Source: Planctomycetota bacterium (lineage in GTDB: Bacteria > Planctomycetota > B15-G4 > JADJEK01). Taken from it: a DNA stretch of 64,000 nucleotides. The first letter of the stretch is position 1, and each line of letters starts with the position of its first letter. The position numbers were made by a program, and so were the translations under genes. The notes under the pieces were generated by a model. That model was given only the letters and a program-made list of their open reading frames with translations, had not been told where the DNA came from and did not search any database. The stretch is from NCBI GenBank assembly GCA_044225365.1, contig JBGAIQ010000001.1:64001-128000 (forward strand), given 5' to 3'. Positions 38,208-47,546 of this stretch are shown piece by piece.

Positions 38208-40559
38208 GTGGAAGCACCCCCCTTCGTTTCCTCGTTGTCCCTCGACTCGCCATTGCGATCGACGCGTCTTCGTGGGTTGATCCTGTCGCTCGCAGGCATC
38301 CTCCAGCTCCACTGCGCGACGCAGCGTCACGAGCTCCCGGCTGTGACTCCGCTCGCACGCGAGCGATTCGATGCGGGTCTGGGAGCCGAGCGTGACGGAC
38401 GCGAGGAAGACGCGCTCGCGGCCTATCGCGACGCGATCGTCGACTCACCCGGTTTCGTCGATGCGCACCGTGCCTACCAAAACCTCCGGCTCGCGCAGGG
38501 ATTCCGCGGATCGCTGCTGCAAGAGTATCGCGCTCGTCTCGCGCAGGCCCCGGAGGACGCAATCAACGTCTACCTGTACGGGCGACTTCGCAGCGATATC
38601 GATCTCGAGAGGGACGCGTGCGCGCGCGCCGTCGAGATCGCGCCCGATCTCTACTTCGGGTGGGTGGGTCTCGGCTACACCGAGCTCGAGCGTGGTCGAG
38701 CACCGGCAGCGCGGCAAGCGTTCGAAACGGCGATCGAGCTCGATCCGAGGCGACCTGAAGCGTATCGCGGCCGGTTGCGGCTTCTCTCCCGAACCCTCTC
38801 CAAGGAGGCTGCGCAACTCGCGGAGAAGGTCGCGCACTTCCTTCGCGATCTCGATGCCTCGGAGGCGGACGCGAGGCGAGTGTTGATCGAGGCGGCGATC
38901 GCGGATCGGCGACATTCCGATGCGATCGAGGAAGCGGTCGACTTCGCGGTGAAGGTGAAGTCCGATGATGCCGCATCGCTCCTCACGCAAGTCCTCGATC
39001 GCTACGGCAACCCGGCCGACTTCGACTATGCGCGAAACGTCGTGCTCGCGACCGCGATTCGTCCGGCGCTCTCGTACGAGTGGACCCTGCTCGCGGCGAC
39101 GATCGAACAGCGGTGCGGGCATTCCCACGAGGCGCTCGCCTGCATCGAGGCGGCCGACGAATCGGTGCGAGCGCGCCGCGACATCGTATGGCTTCGACGC
39201 GAACTGCTCCTGACCGAAGGACGCCTCGACGACGCGCTCGCGGATGTGATCACGGATCGCTTCGGTGCTGGATTCGATCTCGGGAATACCCGTGCGGAGT
39301 CCGAACTCCGAGCCCTTCGGGAGCGACCGCTCGCCACACTGCGCGGCTCCGCGGCCGTCGAAGCCGTCGATCGACTCCTGCGCGCGGGTCTCGTCGACCT
39401 CGGGGCTGCGTGTGCGACGGCGATCCTCGCCGAAGAACCGAAGAACTCGCGGCTGCGCGAACTCCGGCTCGAAGCCGAGGGCCATCGGAGGTTCATTGCA
39501 GAGATCGCTCGTTGGTTCGAGCGCGTGTACCGGGGCGAGAAGGGTTTCGACGGAGCTACTCTCGACGATTTCCTCGTCGCGGCGCGCCGGATGTCGAACG
39601 AGTGTCTCGGCCGCGATGTCGTCGAGCCCGTCGTGCGTCGCGAGTACTTTCCGATCGGCGTCTTCCTCGACCCTGATCCTACGCACGGGGGCGGCCTTGC
39701 GCAGTATCTCGATCGATTCGGCGAATTCCTCGTCGCCGGGCAACGGACGTGGGGCGGCGTCGACGGTTATTTGCTGCGCGAGATCGCGAAGAGCCGACCG
39801 ACCATCGACGATCACGAAGTCTTGCGCGTGATCGGCGAGGATCTCGAGATCCCGTCGCGCATCGAGTCCAGCGGCGGCCAGATCGCGGGGTTCGCCCTCG
39901 AGACGTTCATCGTGCTCAATGTCGATCGAGCGCGCGAAGCTGCAATGCGAACGAGTGCTTCGTACGAGGCGCGAACGACGCTCCTCCCGGCGCTTCTCGA
40001 CGATGCGATCGATCCCGCGAATTCGGCGAGCGAACGGTTGGCACTGAACGAGCCGAGTTCGGTCGTGCTCCGGACGTGGTTACGATCCTATCGGGATCAT
40101 CTCGCGCGCGGAGGAACGAAGGATGACTACGCAGGTCTCGTGCTCGACGCGATCGAGGCACACGAGCGCACGCATATCCACGACGCACACGAATTCCTGC
40201 CTCTGCTCATGAACGTCCCGTCGAAGCTCTCGATCCTGTGGCGGAACAGTTTCTCCGCCGGCAATATCGAGGCTTGGCTCGAAGGGCGCGCGCAAGCGGG
40301 TGCGCTGGTGGGCGCGCGCGACCCGCGGATCGCGCTCGCCGAAGCGCTTCGGGATCTGCCGAGCCGCAATGTCGCACCGCCTCATTCTGTCGGGTACTAC
40401 GAGGTGGCGGCGAACCTCGTGCGACAGGTCGATGAGAACGCCAGTGAGTTCGCCGAGATCGATCGGCAGCGAGTCGTGGTGCAACAACTCGATCGACTGT
40501 CGGAAGAGGAATTGAGGAACCTGGGACGACGTCTCGTTCGCTGCGATCTCACACCCTGA
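38208..40559 (+). CDS. TPR-containing putative lipoprotein with a C-terminal HExxH zincin-like motif
   Basis: Hydrophobic stretch then Cys (ILSLAGILQLHC), TPRs (A..AYRDAI..SP, FETAIELDP), AHERTH and downstream E (WLEGRA). Start uncertain. Confidence 0.7.
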   Translation: MEAPPFVSSLSLDSPLRSTRLRGLILSLAGILQLHCATQRHELPAVTPLARERFDAGLGAERDGREEDALAAYRDAIVDSPGFVDAHRAYQNLRLAQGFRGSLLQEYRARLAQAPEDAINVYLYGRLRSDIDLERDACARAVEIAPDLYFGWVGLGYTELERGRAPAARQAFETAIELDPRRPEAYRGRLRLLSRTLSKEAAQLAEKVAHFLRDLDASEADARRVLIEAAIADRRHSDAIEEAVDFAVKVKSDDAASLLTQVLDRYGNPADFDYARNVVLATAIRPALSYEWTLLAATIEQRCGHSHEALACIEAADESVRARRDIVWLRRELLLTEGRLDDALADVITDRFGAGFDLGNTRAESELRALRERPLATLRGSAAVEAVDRLLRAGLVDLGAACATAILAEEPKNSRLRELRLEAEGHRRFIAEIARWFERVYRGEKGFDGATLDDFLVAARRMSNECLGRDVVEPVVRREYFPIGVFLDPDPTHGGGLAQYLDRFGEFLVAGQRTWGGVDGYLLREIAKSRPTIDDHEVLRVIGEDLEIPSRIESSGGQIAGFALETFIVLNVDRAREAAMRTSASYEARTTLLPALLDDAIDPANSASERLALNEPSSVVLRTWLRSYRDHLARGGTKDDYAGLVLDAIEAHERTHIHDAHEFLPLLMNVPSKLSILWRNSFSAGNIEAWLEGRAQAGALVGARDPRIALAEALRDLPSRNVAPPHSVGYYEVAANLVRQVDENASEFAEIDRQRVVVQQLDRLSEEELRNLGRRLVRCDLTP

Positions 40560-40580
40560 TCGCGCGGAATGAATGCGATG

Positions 40581-42230
40581 TCAGCTCGGGCCGAGGTCGA
40601 TGAGCACGGCCTCGCGCACTTCGGGCAATGCGACGATCGCATCGAGTGCGCCCTGCGGAACGCCCGGTTCGACGTTGAGCACGGCGAGGGCGTCCCCGTC
40701 CTTGCTGCGGGGCGGGGAGAGGTGCATCGCGCGGATGTTCACATGCGCATCGCCGAGCAGGGTTCCGACGCGGCCGACGACGCCCGGTCGATCCTCGTTG
40801 CGAATGACGAGCAGGATGCCCTCGGCGAGGGCTTCGAGGGGATGCTCGCCGATACGGACGATTCGCGGCTGCCGATGCCCGAACAGCGCACCTGCGACGC
40901 TCACCCTGCGCGCCCCGGAGTGGCTGTGGATCGCGAGGAGATTCGGGAAATCGCGCATGTGTTCCGAATGGCGTTCGCCGACCGCGATCTCGAGTTCGGC
41001 CGCGGCGGCGAAGGCATTGACTTCGTTCACGGGTCGACGACTGCGGGTCGCGACGAATCCTGCGAGCGCCGCGCGCGTGACGGTGGCCGTGTCGAGCTGT
41101 GCGAGTCGGCCGTGGAAGGTGACCTCGATTCGCTCCACCTTGGGCTCGGAGAGCCCGGACAGGAGCCGTCCGAGCCGTCGACCCAGGTCGAGCCACGGGG
41201 CAACGGCGCGGAACGCGGTCGTGGTGAGTCGCGGCAGGTTCACCGCGTTTCGCAACTCGCCATCGACGAGGTAGCCGATGACCTGGCGGCAGATCTCGAG
41301 CGCGGCGCGCGCTTGCGCTTCGTGCGTCGCGGCGCCGAGGTGCGGTGTCGCGACGACGTCCTCGCGCTGCAGCAGGGGATGATCCGGGCTCGGGGGCTCG
41401 ACTTCGAACACGTCGAGCGCGGCGCCGGCGACCTTCTTCGATTCGAGCGCCGCGAGGAGCGCCGTTTCGTCGAGGATTCCGCCGCGGGCGCAGTGGATGA
41501 TCCGCACGCCGTCCTTCATGCGCGCGAACATCGCGGCGTCGACGAAGTGATGCGTGTTCTCCAGCAGCGGGACGTGGATCGTGAGGAAGTCCGCCTTCGC
41601 GAGCACGACTTCGAGCGGAAGCACCGTTGCCCCCGAGTCCTTCAGTGCGTCCGGCGCGAGGAACGGGTCGTAGACGATCGGTTCCATTCCGATCGCGCGC
41701 GCGCGACGGGCGACGCGTTGGCCGATGTTGCCGCCTCCCAGGATCCCGAGGACCTTGCCCTGCAGTTCGATGCCGAGAAATCTCGACTTCGAGAACTTTG
41801 CGCCCGCGCGCAGCGCTCGATCCGATTGCGGAACGTGGCGCGCCAGAGCGAACAGGAGAGCGAGCGTGTGCTCCGCCGTCGTGTCGGCGTTCGCGTCGGG
41901 GCAGTTCATCACGAGGATGCCGCGCGCGGTCGAGGCTTCGACGTCGACGTTGTCGACGCGGATTCCCGCGCGTCCGATGACTCGCAACCGCGACGCAGCA
42001 GCGACGACGTCCGCAGATATCCGAGTCGAACTGCGCACGATGATCGCGTCGACGTGCTTCACGGCGGCGATCAAAGCGGCTTCATCGAGTCCCGTTCTCA
42101 CTTCCACCACGAGGTCGGGGTGGTTGCGCAGCAATTCGAGACCCTCGCTCGAGAGTTCGTCTGCGACCAGGACCCGGTGGCGATGGTCGTGGGTAGGGGG
42201 CGTGCTCATCGCGTTGGTCTCGTTCGTCAT
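40581..42230 (-). CDS. serA: D-3-phosphoglycerate dehydrogenase with ASB and ACT domains
   Basis: IVRS, GRAG..VDNVD, AEHT, GxGxxG (GGGNIG), ARGG, ALDVFEVEP, TPHLGAAT and EDRPGVVG. Confidence 0.93.
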   Translation of the reverse strand: MTNETNAMSTPPTHDHRHRVLVADELSSEGLELLRNHPDLVVEVRTGLDEAALIAAVKHVDAIIVRSSTRISADVVAAASRLRVIGRAGIRVDNVDVEASTARGILVMNCPDANADTTAEHTLALLFALARHVPQSDRALRAGAKFSKSRFLGIELQGKVLGILGGGNIGQRVARRARAIGMEPIVYDPFLAPDALKDSGATVLPLEVVLAKADFLTIHVPLLENTHHFVDAAMFARMKDGVRIIHCARGGILDETALLAALESKKVAGAALDVFEVEPPSPDHPLLQREDVVATPHLGAATHEAQARAALEICRQVIGYLVDGELRNAVNLPRLTTTAFRAVAPWLDLGRRLGRLLSGLSEPKVERIEVTFHGRLAQLDTATVTRAALAGFVATRSRRPVNEVNAFAAAAELEIAVGERHSEHMRDFPNLLAIHSHSGARRVSVAGALFGHRQPRIVRIGEHPLEALAEGILLVIRNEDRPGVVGRVGTLLGDAHVNIRAMHLSPPRSKDGDALAVLNVEPGVPQGALDAIVALPEVREAVLIDLGPS

Positions 42231-43669
42231 CGCGCGCCGAATCCCAGCAACACGACGCGAATGGTGCGGAACAGGATCAGGATGTCGAGGTAGATCGAGA
42301 TGTTCTTGATGTAGTACAGATCGTATTGCAGCTTCTCGATCGCGTCTTCCTTCGACGCACCGTAGCGGTAGTTGATCTGTGCCCAGCCGGTGATGCCCGG
42401 CTTCACGACGAGACGTTCGGTATAGAACGGGATGTCCTGCTTCAACTCGTCGACGAAATACGGACGCTCGGGGCGAGGTCCTACGAACGACATGTCGTTC
42501 TTCAGGACGTTCCAGAGTTGGGGAATCTCGTCGATGCGCAGTTTGCGGAGCAGCCGGCCGACGCGCGTGATTCGCGGATCGTCTTCCCCGGCCCAGACCG
42601 GTCCGCTCTCCTTCTCCGCGTCCTGGCGCATCGAGCGGAACTTGTAGATGCGAAACACGCGTCCTTCCTTGCCGACTCGCGGTTGCGAGAAGATCACGGG
42701 ACCGCGTGACTCGAGCTTGATCACGAGGGCCGTCAGGATGAGCACGGGCAAAGCGAGCACGATGCCCGCCGCGGCGAGCACGATGTCGAGTGCTCGCTTG
42801 AAGATGTAGTTGAACTTCGAGCGATTGAATCCTTCGGAGAAGATCAGGTACGACGGTCGCAACTTCTCGACCGAGATCTTCCCCGTGACGCGTTCGTAGA
42901 GGAGTTCGCCCTCCTCGACCTTGACTCCCTGCAGCCGGCAATTCAGGAGTTCGATCACGGGGAGGTTCCCGCGACGTTCCGGGAGGCAAACGATGACGCG
43001 GTGGATCCCCTGCTCCTTCACGGTCGATACGATCTTGTCGAATCCACCGAAGATGGGGTGGTTGCAGTAGCTCGAGCGCTTGCCGTCGTAGTCCTGCACG
43101 ATGTAGCCGACGATCTCGTATCCCGGATCGTGCCGGTCACGCAGTTCGCGCTCGATCAGCTCCGCCATCTTCCCGTCGCCGACCATCAGCAGTCGATCGG
43201 CGAACGGCACGCGCACCACGGTCCAGTCGAACGCTCGCCGATAGCCGTAGGCGGAGACGAACGAGAGCGCGATTCCGGAGACCGCGTGGATGATCGTGAG
43301 CTTGTAGGTGCTGAGCGGCCGGAATTCGCCGCTCCCCACGGCGGAGACGACTCGATCGATGCCGTCGAATGCGAAGTAGATGAGTGCGAGCAGGATCAGT
43401 GCGTAGGAGCACGACTCGATCAGTCGGATCGAGGTCTGATGCTTGTGCCTGATGATCCGCCACTCGTACAGGTCGTTGTAGTAGAACGCGAGTTGACACG
43501 TGACGACGACGACGAGGCTGCGCAGGATCGCTTCGCTCCAGGGAAACGACTTTCCCGGGTCGGAGAGCGCGGGGACGAGATAGCGCAGATGGGTGCACGG
43601 CAGGACGACGGCGAGAAGCGTGAGCGTCTCGCACAGAACGAGCATCGTCTTGCGCGTCGAGATCGTCAT
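42227..43669 (-). CDS. Polyprenyl-phosphate hexose-1-phosphate transferase (WcaJ/WbaP-like priming glycosyltransferase)
   Basis: 4 N-terminal TMs, KRALDI, YKFRSM, DDPRITRVG, RIDEIPQL, MSFVGPRPER and KPGITGWAQ. Confidence 0.93.
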   Translation of the reverse strand: MTISTRKTMLVLCETLTLLAVVLPCTHLRYLVPALSDPGKSFPWSEAILRSLVVVVTCQLAFYYNDLYEWRIIRHKHQTSIRLIESCSYALILLALIYFAFDGIDRVVSAVGSGEFRPLSTYKLTIIHAVSGIALSFVSAYGYRRAFDWTVVRVPFADRLLMVGDGKMAELIERELRDRHDPGYEIVGYIVQDYDGKRSSYCNHPIFGGFDKIVSTVKEQGIHRVIVCLPERRGNLPVIELLNCRLQGVKVEEGELLYERVTGKISVEKLRPSYLIFSEGFNRSKFNYIFKRALDIVLAAAGIVLALPVLILTALVIKLESRGPVIFSQPRVGKEGRVFRIYKFRSMRQDAEKESGPVWAGEDDPRITRVGRLLRKLRIDEIPQLWNVLKNDMSFVGPRPERPYFVDELKQDIPFYTERLVVKPGITGWAQINYRYGASKEDAIEKLQYDLYYIKNISIYLDILILFRTIRVVLLGFGAR

Positions 43670-43773
43670 GTTCGGGTGGACCGGACCTTACGGACCGTGG
43701 CTACGACGAACGACTCATCGTCGCCAATGGCGCATTCTCTGAAACGGATTCGCAGGCGCCAGTTGCGCATGAT

Positions 43774-44142
43774 TCAAAGCAAGGGAATCCACTCGAGGAG
43801 TGGTGGTGCGTCGGTGCTCGTTACGACGATCGACGCCGCGACCAGGCGGACATCCACTTCGTCTTCGATCGAGTGATCCTCGAGGAACTCCATCGCGCCG
43901 CTCTCCATGCGTTCGAGTTTGATCGGCTTGATCTGCTCGTAGGGATAGCCTGCGATGGCTCCGCTCCGGGTCTTGACCTCGACGAACCAGACTTCGTCAC
44001 CGCGCCGGGCCACGATGTCGAACTCGACGCCGTTCAGTCGGAGGTTGCGGGCGAGGATCGCGAAGCCGCGGGCCACGAGGTCGGCTTCAGCGAGTCGCTC
44101 CCCCAGTCGGCCGAGCATCCGGGGTGGAATCGGGTTTCCCAT
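43774..44142 (-). CDS. yraN: YraN-family (UPF0102) nuclease-like protein
   Basis: LGRLGERLA, GF.ILARN, EFDIVA and FVEVKTR. Overlaps the 3' end of yajC. Confidence 0.85.
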   Translation of the reverse strand: MGNPIPPRMLGRLGERLAEADLVARGFAILARNLRLNGVEFDIVARRGDEVWFVEVKTRSGAIAGYPYEQIKPIKLERMESGAMEFLEDHSIEDEVDVRLVAASIVVTSTDAPPLLEWIPLL

Positions 44143-44506
44143 TCTCGGCACCGCGCTTCTTCTCCGAGTCCTTGCCTTCGGTCGTATCGAGCCGGCCCGC
44201 GATCGCCTGGCGGCGGAAACGAATCCGCACGTTTTGATTGTCGTCGACCTTCAAGGTCACGATGTCGTCGCTGATGTCGGCGATCTGACCGAGGATGCCC
44301 GAGTGGGTGACGACCGTGTCGTGCTTCTTCAGCTCGTTGAGCATCTGTTCGCGCTTCTTCTGCTCCTTCTTCTGGGGCAGGATCAGCATGAAGTAGAAGA
44401 TCGCGAAGAGACCGCCGCCGTAGATGAGCATGGTCTTCATGCCATCGGGCGCAGCACCCGGCGCGGTGTCCTCGAAAGCGAGCAGCATCAGGACGGTATT
44501 CAGCAT
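44087..44506 (-). CDS. yajC: Preprotein translocase subunit YajC
   Basis: IFYFMLILPQKKEQK and LKKHDTVVTHSGILG. GAGGTGA RBS. Confidence 0.92.
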   Translation of the reverse strand: MLNTVLMLLAFEDTAPGAAPDGMKTMLIYGGGLFAIFYFMLILPQKKEQKKREQMLNELKKHDTVVTHSGILGQIADISDDIVTLKVDDNQNVRIRFRRQAIAGRLDTTEGKDSEKKRGAENGKPDSTPDARPTGGATR

Positions 44507-44662
44507 GGGTCTCACCTCGTCGAGGGTGTCGAATGCGCCGGAGGCTCTTCCAACGCAGTCGATGTCGCAACGAACGTCGAAACGCGCGACTCTAACGGAA
44601 GAGGGAGGTCTCAGCAATCACGGCCTGTGGGGATCGCGTCGCGAGCTGGTAGATTCGAAGGG

Positions 44663-45775
44663 ATGACGAACGTCGCACCCGAACGAATCCTCGTGGCCAT
44701 GAGCGGAGGCGTGGACTCCGCCACCGCGGCGACCCTGCTGCATCGGCGCGGCCACGAGATCGTAGGCGTGTTCATCCGCAATGGCGTGACGCGGGAGGGG
44801 CCGGGGTCCTCGAAGTCCTGTTGTTCGGTCTCCGACGCGGCCGACGCGCGACGTGTCGCCGCACGTCTCGACGTGCCGTTCTACACCGTCGACGCCGCCG
44901 TTCCGTTTCGGTCGATCGTCGAGGGATTCAAGGCTGCGTACCGTGAAGGACGCACTCCCAATCCCTGCGTTCGCTGCAATTCCGAGGTGAAGTTCGGGCA
45001 GCTCCTCGACCTCGCGGATCAGATCGGCGCAACGCGCGTGGCAACCGGGCACTACGCGCGGATCGAGCGACGCGGCGATCGCTACGTGCTCCAGAAATCG
45101 ATCGATTCCGCTAAAGATCAATCGTACGTCCTGTCGACATTGACACAGGATCAACTCGCCCGCGCGGAATTTCCGCTCGGGGGCGTCCACAAGGACGAAG
45201 TTCGAAGGCTCGCTCGCGAGGCGGGGTTACCCGTTGCGGACAAGCCGGAGAGCCAAGAGATCTGTTTCGTGCCGACCGGCGACTATCGTGACCTTCTTCA
45301 AGAGGGAGGGGACGCGAGCGATCGACCGGGAGAGATCGTGGACCTCGACGGAAGAGTCCTGGGTACGCATCCGGGCGTCGAGGGCTTCACGATCGGTCAA
45401 CGCAGAGGGCTCGGGATCGCGAGCGGCGAGCCGTTGCACGTCGTCGCGATCGAACCAACGAGTCGGCGAGTGGTCGTGGGACATCGCGCGGCGGCGCGCT
45501 TCCACGGCTTCATCGCGAGCGGTGCGAACTGGATCGCTTGCCCCGAACCGGACACTTCCGAACGGATCGCCGTCACGGCGCGGATCCGACATCGACATTC
45601 GGGCGGCCAAGGCGTCGCCAGGGTGCTTCCAGAAGGTCGGTTTCGCGTCGACTTCGAGAGTCCGGAGTTTGCCGTCACGCCAGGGCAGACCGCCGTACTC
45701 TACGCAGGTGACGACGTCCTCGCCGCGGGCATGATCGAACATGCCTGGCGGGAGGAACGTCATGAAGATCCGTAG
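44663..45775 (+). CDS. mnmA: tRNA 2-thiouridylase MnmA
   Basis: VAMSGGVDS, GRTPNPCVRCN, ATGHYAR, KDQSY, ESQEICF and VTPGQ. Confidence 0.96.
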   Translation: MTNVAPERILVAMSGGVDSATAATLLHRRGHEIVGVFIRNGVTREGPGSSKSCCSVSDAADARRVAARLDVPFYTVDAAVPFRSIVEGFKAAYREGRTPNPCVRCNSEVKFGQLLDLADQIGATRVATGHYARIERRGDRYVLQKSIDSAKDQSYVLSTLTQDQLARAEFPLGGVHKDEVRRLAREAGLPVADKPESQEICFVPTGDYRDLLQEGGDASDRPGEIVDLDGRVLGTHPGVEGFTIGQRRGLGIASGEPLHVVAIEPTSRRVVVGHRAAARFHGFIASGANWIACPEPDTSERIAVTARIRHRHSGGQGVARVLPEGRFRVDFESPEFAVTPGQTAVLYAGDDVLAAGMIEHAWREERHEDP

Positions 45776-46535
45776 CGCATTCGTCGTCGCCCTTTTCATC
45801 GTCCCCGCGTTCGGTAGCGGATGCTCCTTCGCGCCGAAGGACGAGACTGCGTCCTACGCGGTGGACAAGAGCGAACAGCGCCCGCTGCCCGCCGCTCTTC
45901 AAAATCGCCTCGAGCGATTGCTCCACGAGATCCAGTTCGCGCAGGGCACGACTCTGCTCGCCGAGCTGCGCGAACTCTCGGCGTTCGGGAACTACGCGAC
46001 GCAGCCCGTCATCGATCGCATGTTGAAGAGTGACGACGTGCGATTGCGGGCCGGCGCCATCTACGTCCTCGGCGAGATCGATCGACTCGACGGCGACCCG
46101 CGAGCGAAGGAAGCCGTCGCGGCGGCGCTGTCCGACAACGATCGCTCCGTTCGTCTCGAGGCGGCGCGCGCGCTCCTCGAGTCCGGCGACAAGCGTGCCG
46201 CGAATCTCCTGGTCGACGCCCTCGACGATCCCCTGCGCGGGGTGCGAATCCGAGCCTTCCTCAGCCTGTCGACCGCGGCGGGCGAGAAGTACGGTTACGA
46301 CCCCGACGGCGCCTCGGAGGTTCGGCGTGCGGCGGCGGATCGGTTTCGATCCCATTTCGCCTCGGCCGCGATCGTGACGCCAGTTCAGAGTCCGATGATC
46401 GCGCCGGCTGCTACAATGCCGACGCAGCAAGTTCCCACGTCGTCGTCGCCGTCCATCCCGGGCGAGACGATGAACTCCACTGGATCGACCGACCCGGTCC
46501 ATTCGGCGGAGAGTGGGGGTTCCACCGGCTCGTGA
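45762..46535 (+). CDS. HEAT-repeat lipoprotein
   Basis: Lipobox GSGC. HEAT units (SDDVRLRAGA, SDNDRSVRLEAA, DDPLRGVR) and a low-complexity tail. Confidence 0.8.
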   Translation: MKIRSAFVVALFIVPAFGSGCSFAPKDETASYAVDKSEQRPLPAALQNRLERLLHEIQFAQGTTLLAELRELSAFGNYATQPVIDRMLKSDDVRLRAGAIYVLGEIDRLDGDPRAKEAVAAALSDNDRSVRLEAARALLESGDKRAANLLVDALDDPLRGVRIRAFLSLSTAAGEKYGYDPDGASEVRRAAADRFRSHFASAAIVTPVQSPMIAPAATMPTQQVPTSSSPSIPGETMNSTGSTDPVHSAESGGSTGS

Positions 46536-46550
46536 AAGGCAAGTTCGTCC

Positions 46551-46952
46551 ATGGGTGATCGTCCGGGAGAGGATTCGATCGATACTGGTTCGATGGCGGA
46601 GGAGCGGGTTCGTCCGTGCCTCGAATGCGGCACGATCCTGCCGTTCGACGCCGAGATCTGCTCACTCTGCGGTGAGCGGTATCGAGTGGGGCGGATCTCC
46701 GAAGAAGCCGTGAAGCCCTGTCTCGCCTGCGACGAGATCATTCCGGCGCGCCACTTGTTCTGCCCGAAGTGCGGCGACTTCACGCTCGAGGTCACGGTGC
46801 CGCAGGAATTCGTGCCTCAGATCGGCGCCCGCGAAGGCGCGATGCTGCTCTACGGCGTGCGATGTCTATCGGTCGTCACCGTCGTCGTCGCGATCCTGCT
46901 CGCCTGTGAAGCGGCGCTGCAGATCTACCTCGCGTACGCGAAGGGTCACTGA
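46551..46952 (+). CDS. Double zinc-ribbon protein with C-terminal TM helix
   Basis: Four CxxC motifs (CLEC, CSLC, CLAC, CPKC) followed by a hydrophobic helix. Confidence 0.75.
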   Translation: MGDRPGEDSIDTGSMAEERVRPCLECGTILPFDAEICSLCGERYRVGRISEEAVKPCLACDEIIPARHLFCPKCGDFTLEVTVPQEFVPQIGAREGAMLLYGVRCLSVVTVVVAILLACEAALQIYLAYAKGH

Positions 46953-46965
46953 ACCGAGCAGGACG

Positions 46966-47421
46966 TCACTCCGCAGGAGGCGCCGACGCCGTGGAGTCGG
47001 GGCGACCTGCACCTTCGTGTTCGCCGAATCGACGCAGGATCTCGGGAAACGACGCATGACGTCGAACGCCGGCGAGATCGGGATCGGTCAGCAGGTGGTC
47101 GAGTTCGTTGTAGCCGTGGCGAATCGCCGTGAGGATCTCGCGCATGGCTTCGTCGACCTGACCGGTGAGCGAAAGCGAACACGCGAGGTTGTAGTGGACG
47201 ATCGGGTCGAGTGGAGCCAGGGCGACGAGTCGCAGATCGATCGCGAGCCCGTCCTGGTATCTCCCGACGCGCGAATAGAGTTCGCCGAGTCGCACCAGGA
47301 TCTCGAAGTCGATCGGGTTGTCGGCGAGTGCGACTTCCAGGAGTTCGATCTCGTACCGATCGGCGATCGCGGAGATTCGCTCCTCCGTCGTGCGCTGCAG
47401 AACCGTCGTACGAGTCGTCAT
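46966..47421 (-). CDS. Small TPR protein
   Basis: LGELYSRVGRY, VHYNLACSLS and L.TDPDL motifs. Confidence 0.85.
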   Translation of the reverse strand: MTTRTTVLQRTTEERISAIADRYEIELLEVALADNPIDFEILVRLGELYSRVGRYQDGLAIDLRLVALAPLDPIVHYNLACSLSLTGQVDEAMREILTAIRHGYNELDHLLTDPDLAGVRRHASFPEILRRFGEHEGAGRPDSTASAPPAE

Positions 47422-47546
47422 TTGTCCGGGATCCTCTGCTACCGTCGGCGAATGCGAGAATATATGCTGCGAGTTCGATCCACCGAAAACCGTTCTGTTT
47501 CGCGCCGCACAGCGCGTCCATTTGAGAGTAACCGGAGCGTGCTCCG

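Noticed and set aside
40581-42989. 802-aa extended SerA, and similar N-terminal extensions for MoeA, Lnt, MnmA, the CoA-transferase and the sugar kinase
   Set aside because: The extensions overlap neighbouring genes or the tRNA. Downstream starts, several with stop/start coupling, fit the family lengths.
44087-44142. 56-nt yajC/yraN overlap as a frameshift or fusion
   Set aside because: Both proteins are complete, and the overlap involves only the low-complexity YajC tail.
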